In this document: piece by piece, positions 58,002 to 64,000 of the stretch
Position numbering within the stretch: position 1 is the stretch's first letter
Layout: each line of letters starts with the position of its first letter
From: Chloroflexota bacterium
GTDB taxonomy: Bacteria; Chloroflexota; Dehalococcoidia; Lucifugimonadales; Lucifugimonadaceae
Reading direction: 5' to 3'
Assembly (NCBI GenBank): GCA_024275195.1
Contig: JAJRZP010000139.1
Coordinates: 5,645-69,644, forward strand
Length of the DNA stretch: 64,000 bases
The notes under the pieces: model-generated
The model's database searches: none
Told to the model about the DNA's origin: nothing
What the model saw: the letters and a program-made list of their open reading frames with translations, nothing else
Position numbers and translations under genes: made by a program

Positions 58002-59354
58002 ATGACCACCACCCAGCCTCAACAAAAACCAGCAATGAAGCGTCCACTTGCTATTCACGTAATGGCGAAACCCAGCGGCGCCATCTGCAACATCGATTGC
58101 ACCTACTGTTTCTATCTTGAGAAAGAGAAGCTGTATCCAGACAAAGCTCGTGGGTCGTGGAAAATGGGCGACGAAGAACTTGAGGCGTACGTAAAGCAAT
58201 ACATCGAAGCGAACGACATCCCGGTCGTCAACTTCGCCTGGCAGGGTGGCGAGCCAACGTTGCTGGGCCTCGACTTCTATCGGAAGGCGATCAAGCTTCA
58301 GAAGCAGTACGCAGGTCGAAAACAGATCACAAACGCCTTCCAGACCAACGCCATTCTGATCGACGACGAGTGGGGAGAGTTCCTGGCAGAAGAAAAATTT
58401 CTGGTCGGCGTTTCAATCGACGGGCCTGAGGATATTCACAACCGATACCGGGTCGGCCGCGGCGGTGAGCCGACCTGGGACAAGGTTATGGCAGGAATTG
58501 AAGTGCTGAAAAAGCACAAAGTCGAGTTCAACACCCTGACCGTGCTCCACAAACACAACACCGATCATCCAAAAGAACTCTACGAATTCCTGACGCGTGT
58601 GGTCGGTAGCCATTTCCTGCAGTTCATCCCGATCGTGGAGCGCGTCGCCGACAAGTTGCCCGCCCATTTCCTGCAGCTTGTTGGACCAGAGTTTCGTGAT
58701 GGCGCAACCGTTACCGAATGGTCTGTCGGATCTGAGCAATATGGCAACTTCCTGAATGGAATATTCGATCAGTGGGTTCGAAAAGACATCGGTCAGTACT
58801 TCATCCAGATATTCGATACGACGCTTGCCGGCTGGATGGGGCAGAATCCTGGTTTGTGTATATTCGCTGAGACCTGCGGCGACGCAATGATCATCGAGCA
58901 CAACGGCGATGTGTACTCGTGCGATCACTACGTATATCCCGAGTACAACCTCGGAAATGTCGCCGACACGACGATTCGCGAAATGGCCGAAAGTCCTGAG
59001 CAACGCAAGTTCGGAAAAGACAAGCGAGACACACTACCCGAGTACTGCCGTAGTTGTGAATTCCGGTTCGCATGCAACGGCGGCTGCCCAAAGCAGCGGT
59101 TCACAAAAACTCCAGATGGCGAAGACGGTCTCAACTACCTTTGCGCTGGTTACAAGAAATTCTTCAGCCACACCGAGCCTTACATGAAGGCGATGGTCAG
59201 CGAACTGAGAAGTGGGCAGCCAGCCGCAAACATCATGGCAAAGGCTGGCGCAATCCCAGCGATGTCACCAGACCCCTACGCCGGAGTAGGCCGCAACGAC
59301 ATGTGCCCCTGTGACAGCGGCAAGAAGTTCAAACGCTGCCACGGCGTGGCTTAG
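58002..59354 (+). CDS. anaerobic sulfatase-maturating enzyme (radical SAM, SPASM domain) with C-terminal SEC-C motif
   Basis: CNIDCTYC radical-SAM cluster, FAWQGGEPTL, auxiliary-cluster cysteines (CDHYVY, CRSCEFRFACNGGCPK) and a C-terminal CPCDSGKKFKRCHG. Confidence 0.9.
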   Translation: MTTTQPQQKPAMKRPLAIHVMAKPSGAICNIDCTYCFYLEKEKLYPDKARGSWKMGDEELEAYVKQYIEANDIPVVNFAWQGGEPTLLGLDFYRKAIKLQKQYAGRKQITNAFQTNAILIDDEWGEFLAEEKFLVGVSIDGPEDIHNRYRVGRGGEPTWDKVMAGIEVLKKHKVEFNTLTVLHKHNTDHPKELYEFLTRVVGSHFLQFIPIVERVADKLPAHFLQLVGPEFRDGATVTEWSVGSEQYGNFLNGIFDQWVRKDIGQYFIQIFDTTLAGWMGQNPGLCIFAETCGDAMIIEHNGDVYSCDHYVYPEYNLGNVADTTIREMAESPEQRKFGKDKRDTLPEYCRSCEFRFACNGGCPKQRFTKTPDGEDGLNYLCAGYKKFFSHTEPYMKAMVSELRSGQPAANIMAKAGAIPAMSPDPYAGVGRNDMCPCDSGKKFKRCHGVA

Positions 59355-59367
59355 CCACGTTTTCTTT
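59345..59367 (+). terminator. intrinsic terminator candidate overlapping the maturase stop codon
   Basis: CGTGGC-TTA-GCCACG followed by TTTTCTTT. The stop codon TAG lies in the loop and 3' arm. Confidence 0.55.
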
Positions 59368-59580
59368 GAGGACGGACTGGTTAGGTTAAGTGTGTATTGC
59401 CACACCTTACGCGACGTGTCACACCGTATAACCACTGCGTGGAGCCTGCCCGAAACGACGTGGCAATCAGCTTCTGAGAAACCCGTTCCAGTCGAATTCG
59501 TCAACCAATGAACTCACCCGTACCGATCCCTTCTCACCCCTAAGTTCGTCTGGCGAGTTAGAATTCCACGGGCTAATTCA

Positions 59581-60375
59581 TTGCGCCCGACCACCAATCA
59601 CAATTGGGGAGCAACTCCAGTGGAACTCAGAACCAACCGCGCCAGGCAGAAGCTTGCCAACGGCGAAATCGTAACCATCGTAAGTGGCGTAACCCACCCG
59701 GATGACATCGACGCAGTTGGACCGCTCGGGTTTGATGGCATATGGCTCGAAGGTGAACATGGCGCAACCGACGCTGCTGAACTTGGCAACCTGACACGGG
59801 CCTGCGACATCTGGGGCATGACTTCAGTTGTACGAATAAATCTGAATGAGCAGGGCCTTATCTATCGAACGCTCGATCGCGGCGCACAGGCAATCGTCGT
59901 TCCCCATGTCAATAACGCCGCCGAAGCGAGAAACGTTGTTGAGGGCGGTAAGTTCACTCCCAGAGGTAAGCGCGGCATGTTCACCAGCCGTCAGGGGTTC
60001 GGTGTTCCTGACTACTTCGACCGTGCAAACGATGAATCGATGCTCATCGTTCTTATCGAAGACATTATCGCGTGGGAGAATCTCGACGAGATTATCGCAG
60101 TCGACGACATCGACGTATTCTTCGTAGCGCCATCTGATTTTGCGTCGTCGATGGGGCATATGGGCGACCTGCAACACCCAGATGTAGTAGAAAAAATCAA
60201 TGATGCGCTTGCAAGGATCGTTGCATCCGGTCGTAACGCTGGTGCGCTTGCAACAAACGAAAACGTCGCCGCGTACGTAGACTTGGGTGTTAGATTCCTG
60301 ATGACAGGGGTCGGGCCGTGGATCGCCAGCGGTTTCAATCAGTTCGCGGCAAACGCAAATTCTGCGAAAAAATAG
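59581..60375 (+). CDS. HpcH/HpaI-family aldolase (2-keto-3-deoxy-acid-sugar aldolase, RhmA-like)
   Basis: 264 aa, collinear with HpcH/RhmA (LEGEHG, VVRIN, VVPHVNNAAEA, PRGKRG, VLIEDI, FVAPSDFASSMGH). Confidence 0.88.
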   Translation: MRPTTNHNWGATPVELRTNRARQKLANGEIVTIVSGVTHPDDIDAVGPLGFDGIWLEGEHGATDAAELGNLTRACDIWGMTSVVRINLNEQGLIYRTLDRGAQAIVVPHVNNAAEARNVVEGGKFTPRGKRGMFTSRQGFGVPDYFDRANDESMLIVLIEDIIAWENLDEIIAVDDIDVFFVAPSDFASSMGHMGDLQHPDVVEKINDALARIVASGRNAGALATNENVAAYVDLGVRFLMTGVGPWIASGFNQFAANANSAKK

Positions 60376-60435
60376 ACCATTTAGACGTTCACTAAATCTA
60401 CAAACAGATAGAGCACGGAAAAGGGATTCTTCGAA

Positions 60436-61464
60436 TTGAAAAGCGTGATGTCCAAGCGAATGTTGGTTCTGGCGGGAATACTCGCGCTGGTCGTTCTCAG
60501 CGCGTGTCAGGCGGCTGGAAAGAATCCCGACAATGTCGAAATACCCGTTATTCAGGCGACTGTGGATATCTCACTGTGCCAGAACAATACCTACCCTCAG
60601 GGCGCACCGATATTTGAAGACGTAGTGAGCGATCAGCTTACCGGCAACCCGGCGGGGGTCAGGATATTCGATCGCGTAGTTGGTGAAGGGACTTCGCCGA
60701 AGATCGAAGACATGGTGACGGTGAAGTACACTGGTTGGCTTGAAAACGGCTGTATTTTCGACTCTTCCCATGCGCGCGGCGAAGATGCGCAACTGCTCCT
60801 TGTCGCACTAATTCCCGGCTGGCGTGAGGCGATGCTAACGATGGCACCCGGAGGGATTCGTCGAGTCGAGATCCCGCCTGCCCTTGCATACAGGGAACTC
60901 GGTTCACCTCCTGTGATTCCGCCAAACGCAACTCTCACATTTGAAATTGAGCTCGTAGATGTTCTGACGCCCGCACAGGCGGTCGAAACCGCAACGGTCA
61001 TCGCAGCGAACGCGACGCCAACTCCCGTACCCACCGCAACGCCCGAAGGAGGGCCTTTCTTGGCAGATTGTGACAACCCTGGTTACCCGGATTCTGCTCC
61101 ACGATACGATGATGTAACTGATGATCAGTACGTAGAGCAACCAACCGGTATACGAATTTTCGATCTCAGAATCGGTGACGGATCAACTCCCACTCCGAAC
61201 AACACGGTCGAAGTGCAATACACGGGCTGGCTCGTCTCCACTGGCTGCGTGTTCGACGCTTCGTATATCGCAGGGCAGTCGATCTCTTTCCCGATTGAGG
61301 GTGTAATCGCTGGCTTCCGGGATGCCATTCTTGGAATGAATGTCGGCGGGCAGCGCCGGGTCTACATCCCCGCAGATCAGGGATATGGAGATCAGGGCGC
61401 AGGAGGGGTAGTTCCACCAAACTCCGATCTCGTATTCGACATTGTCCTTGAGGGTCTTCGCTAG
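60436..61464 (+). CDS. lipoprotein with two FKBP-type peptidyl-prolyl isomerase domains
   Basis: Signal peptide with lipobox (VLSAC) and two FKBP cores (VTVKYTGWLENGCIFDSS...; VEVQYTGWLVSTGCVFDAS...), each ending with LxFxIxL. Confidence 0.88.
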   Translation: MKSVMSKRMLVLAGILALVVLSACQAAGKNPDNVEIPVIQATVDISLCQNNTYPQGAPIFEDVVSDQLTGNPAGVRIFDRVVGEGTSPKIEDMVTVKYTGWLENGCIFDSSHARGEDAQLLLVALIPGWREAMLTMAPGGIRRVEIPPALAYRELGSPPVIPPNATLTFEIELVDVLTPAQAVETATVIAANATPTPVPTATPEGGPFLADCDNPGYPDSAPRYDDVTDDQYVEQPTGIRIFDLRIGDGSTPTPNNTVEVQYTGWLVSTGCVFDASYIAGQSISFPIEGVIAGFRDAILGMNVGGQRRVYIPADQGYGDQGAGGVVPPNSDLVFDIVLEGLR

Positions 61465-61747
61465 TACCGAAGGCACCCTTTCTCCGACATGTGGCGTTCG
61501 GCTGAATCGCTGAGTTCCAACCGGTGTTTTAGCCCCCTTCCTTCGGGAAAAGGTTCGGGATTGTGCCCCAAGCATGGGTGGTCAAGTGCGGATGCACGCC
61601 CGGCAAGTAGCGCCAGATTGCAACGCACTACCGAGTAACCCTAAGACGCCCAGAACCTATCGATCACCCGCGATCAAGTGCGAACGTACACTCAGCCTGA
61701 ACGCTCAACACCCAACTCACGACACCGCAAAACCCTTCAACCAAAAA

Positions 61748-61788
61748 ACGTCATCCCGACTCCTGTGGAGGGATCTTCGGTGGTGTGG
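61748..61788 (+). repeat. intergenic conserved element, copy C
   Basis: ACGTCATCCCGACTCCTGTGGAGGGATCTTCGGTGGTGTGG lies inside a 690-nt non-coding gap, 365 nt upstream of the FGGY kinase start. Confidence 0.7.
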
Positions 61789-62153
61789 TGTGGTGCGCCC
61801 CTGAGCCACCTGCCTCGCACTTCGCAACATGCCCCGAGCAGAACCGAAACCCACCACTCTGAGGTTCCCAAAGGACAGCGAGAAATCTCAACTGACGACG
61901 ACGCAAACACCTCCTCCAGATTCTGGCCGATGAATCAGGAATGAGAAAGTTGCGAACGATCATTGAGTGATAAAATCTGTTCTCCACTCCCAGATTTCTA
62001 ACCGCCTCATATCTCTGCGGCAGGGCAAGGTTGCCGGTAGTTTCGATTGGTCAGCAGAATCCATGATTCAAAAACTCACCACAATCGCCCTCGCCCTTGT
62101 CGGTTTCACTAAAACGGTCGCATGCACGTTCTCCCGCTCGATAAGGTAGACAC

Positions 62154-63614
62154 ATGCCCACTCACTACCTGTCCATCGACGTTGGATCGACATCCGTTAC
62201 GTCGGTAATCATCGATATCGAAGCTGGGTCGGTGGTCGGATCATCCAGTGCAGCCAACACTTCCGAGATCACGTCGCCACAGGATAAGAAAATCGGGCGG
62301 TCAGAGTGGAATCTCGAACTTATGACCGCACTTGCCGTCGAAAATGCAGCCGGTCTCATCGAGCGAATAAAAGTCCAACCTGCAGCAATCGGAATTACCG
62401 GACAGCAGCAGGGACTCCAGCTTCTGGACGATGATCTAAGCACGGTCGGATGTTTTATCTCCTGGCAGGACCAGAGATCGCAGGACCGAATAGACGGAGA
62501 GAGCCAGACATTCCTCGAGGCCATGGGTCGACTTGGAGGGGCGGTTGTAGAAGAAAACGGGCTTCCCGCATTCGAAAATACCGGTTGCCCGATAGTCACC
62601 GGATACACCGCTCCAAATCTCTTCTGGCTCAAAGTCAACAAAGAACTCCCAAAAAACGTTCACGGCACCACAGCCCCAGAATTTGTCGTCTCAAGATTGA
62701 CTGGTACACGACCGGTGACCGACCCAACTGACGCGGTGAGCTGGGGTGTCTACGATCTCAACCAGTTCGACTGGAACTACGATCTGATCGATTCTCTCGG
62801 CCTGAATCGATCTCTATTCTCAAATCTCGCCGCATCCTGCACACCCGCAGGAAGCCTCAACAAGGCAATGGCTGAGAAACTGGGCGCCAGTGCTGGCATT
62901 CCGGTATCGGTAGCGTCCGGCGATCATCAGTGCAGCTTCGTCGGCACTGTCGCTGACTACCAGAACACGGTTGCAGTAAATATCGGCACGGGTGGTCAGG
63001 CGTCGGCCTTTGTCAACCAGCCCATCCCGCGTGGCTGGCTCGAACTTCGCCCCTGTATCCAGAGTGGCTACCTGCTCGCAGGAGTTGGTGTGGTCGGTGG
63101 TCGTACTTTCCGCACATTACGAGATTTCTTCAACAATGCCAGCCGGTCAATAGCCGGGTATGAACTCGATCCAGATGCGCTCTACGACAGGCTTGTTGAG
63201 CTTGCCGCCGAAGTACCCGCCGGGGCCGAGGGCGTAACGTTTGAGCCACTTTTCACCGGCTCCCGCCGGAACCCACTGGCGAAAGCAGCGATACGAGAAC
63301 TCACTCCCGGCACTTTCACACCCGGGCACATGGCGCGTGCGCTCTTCGAGGCTATGGCGGCGCAGCTAGCCGATTCGTACCGTGAAGCGGTGAGGTTAGG
63401 CGCGGGTGAACGATCCACGCTGGTCGGATCAGGCAACGCACTCAAGCTGAACCCTGTGCTGCGAGAATCGTTGGAAACGGAGTTCAGCATGCCGATCCAT
63501 ATTGGGCAAAACGATGAAGAGGCAGCCATAGGCGCTGCGTTGTGCGCCGCGGTTGCCGATGGTTCGTTCGATTCGATCGCCGAGGCCAGTGCTTCGTTCA
63601 CATCTGGCAAATAA
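62154..63614 (+). CDS. FGGY-family carbohydrate kinase (sedoheptulokinase-like)
   Basis: 486 aa with the N-terminal LSIDVGSTSV ATPase motif, ISWQDQRS, and second-domain motifs GTGGQ and VGSGNA. Confidence 0.88.
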   Translation: MPTHYLSIDVGSTSVTSVIIDIEAGSVVGSSSAANTSEITSPQDKKIGRSEWNLELMTALAVENAAGLIERIKVQPAAIGITGQQQGLQLLDDDLSTVGCFISWQDQRSQDRIDGESQTFLEAMGRLGGAVVEENGLPAFENTGCPIVTGYTAPNLFWLKVNKELPKNVHGTTAPEFVVSRLTGTRPVTDPTDAVSWGVYDLNQFDWNYDLIDSLGLNRSLFSNLAASCTPAGSLNKAMAEKLGASAGIPVSVASGDHQCSFVGTVADYQNTVAVNIGTGGQASAFVNQPIPRGWLELRPCIQSGYLLAGVGVVGGRTFRTLRDFFNNASRSIAGYELDPDALYDRLVELAAEVPAGAEGVTFEPLFTGSRRNPLAKAAIRELTPGTFTPGHMARALFEAMAAQLADSYREAVRLGAGERSTLVGSGNALKLNPVLRESLETEFSMPIHIGQNDEEAAIGAALCAAVADGSFDSIAEASASFTSGK

Positions 63615-64000
63615 CCACTTCTGGGCGCGGCCAGTCGATTCAGGTTAGGTGACACTAACCCACGCCGACTACATTCAGATGCTGCGAGATAGCCAATAGA
63701 CGCCAACTTCTCCCGCCTCCGTTTGCAACACAACCCAACAATCATCATCCTGAGCCAGTCGAAGGGCGACATACCAGTCAACCATCCCTTCCTGCCGTCC
63801 CGTTATGGGAGCACCTCGACTCACTCGAAGGTCTCACCACTCCGCTCAGGTGCGGTAGGTGCGAAGCGCAGCCTGCACAGTCAATCAACCTGAAACACAG
63901 TGCAACCGACTCGGCTCGCTCCAAGCCTGTCTCAGAAAAAGTGACTCGTCACCCGTTCGGCTTGATGACCAGCTTCACGCCTTTGCCTTCGCCCGAATCT

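Noticed and set aside
62063-62149. 28-aa ORF (MIQKLTTIALALVGFTKTVACTFSRSIR) just upstream of the FGGY kinase
   Set aside because: It resembles a signal peptide, but it has no RBS, is very short and carries no mature domain. It is probably chance.
63949-64000. Possible minus-strand gene end (...DSGEGKGVKLVIKPNG-stop) at the window edge
   Set aside because: Only 16 codons are visible. The ending resembles C-termini of MDR-type oxidoreductases, but that is not enough to call a feature.

Overview
This is a 64-kb bacterial chromosomal segment with about 47 supported protein genes and 2 tRNAs. I found no rRNA, CRISPR array, transposase, integrase or phage genes.

Minus-strand housekeeping blocks:
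- The gcvT-gcvH-gcvPA-gcvPB glycine cleavage operon (2.5-6.9 kb).
- Citrate synthase, thrS and tRNA-Val.
- rpoB-rpoC (13.8-22.3 kb).

Accessory content:
- A copper module, csoR-copA-YHS-glutaredoxin, with a candidate CsoR operator and an adjacent cytochrome c lipoprotein.
- A Zn-ribbon peptide, an HTH-GAF-PAS histidine kinase and an OmpR-type regulator.
- ogt, and a YjhG/YagF-type pentonate dehydratase.
- A GH15 hydrolase divergent from a fused OtsA-OtsB.
- A stand-alone TrpB2.
- A 1258-aa lipoprotein with nine PPC-type repeats.
- Two paralogous lipoproteins.
- A plus-strand acid-sugar cluster (52.6-63.6 kb) with two L-rhamnonate-dehydratase-like enolases, a GalD-like enolase, an amidohydrolase_2 (lactonase-like), MgtC, an anaerobic sulfatase maturase, an HpcH/HpaI aldolase, a double-FKBP lipoprotein and an FGGY kinase.

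Observations most worth follow-up:
1. A peroxiredoxin has an in-frame UGA in place of its catalytic Cys codon, followed by a SECIS-like hairpin. The next gene downstream is a membrane protein that also needs UGA read-through.
2. A conserved ~40-nt intergenic element occurs at least five times, always in sense orientation upstream of amidohydrolase_2, enolase-superfamily or FGGY catabolic genes.
3. A perfect 23-bp inverted repeat lies between two catabolic genes.
4. A single polypeptide carries three tandem RidA-like domains.

The split GcvP and the many enolase and amidohydrolase paralogues are reminiscent of marine Chloroflexota (SAR202-type) genomes. That is an impression only, not a search result.
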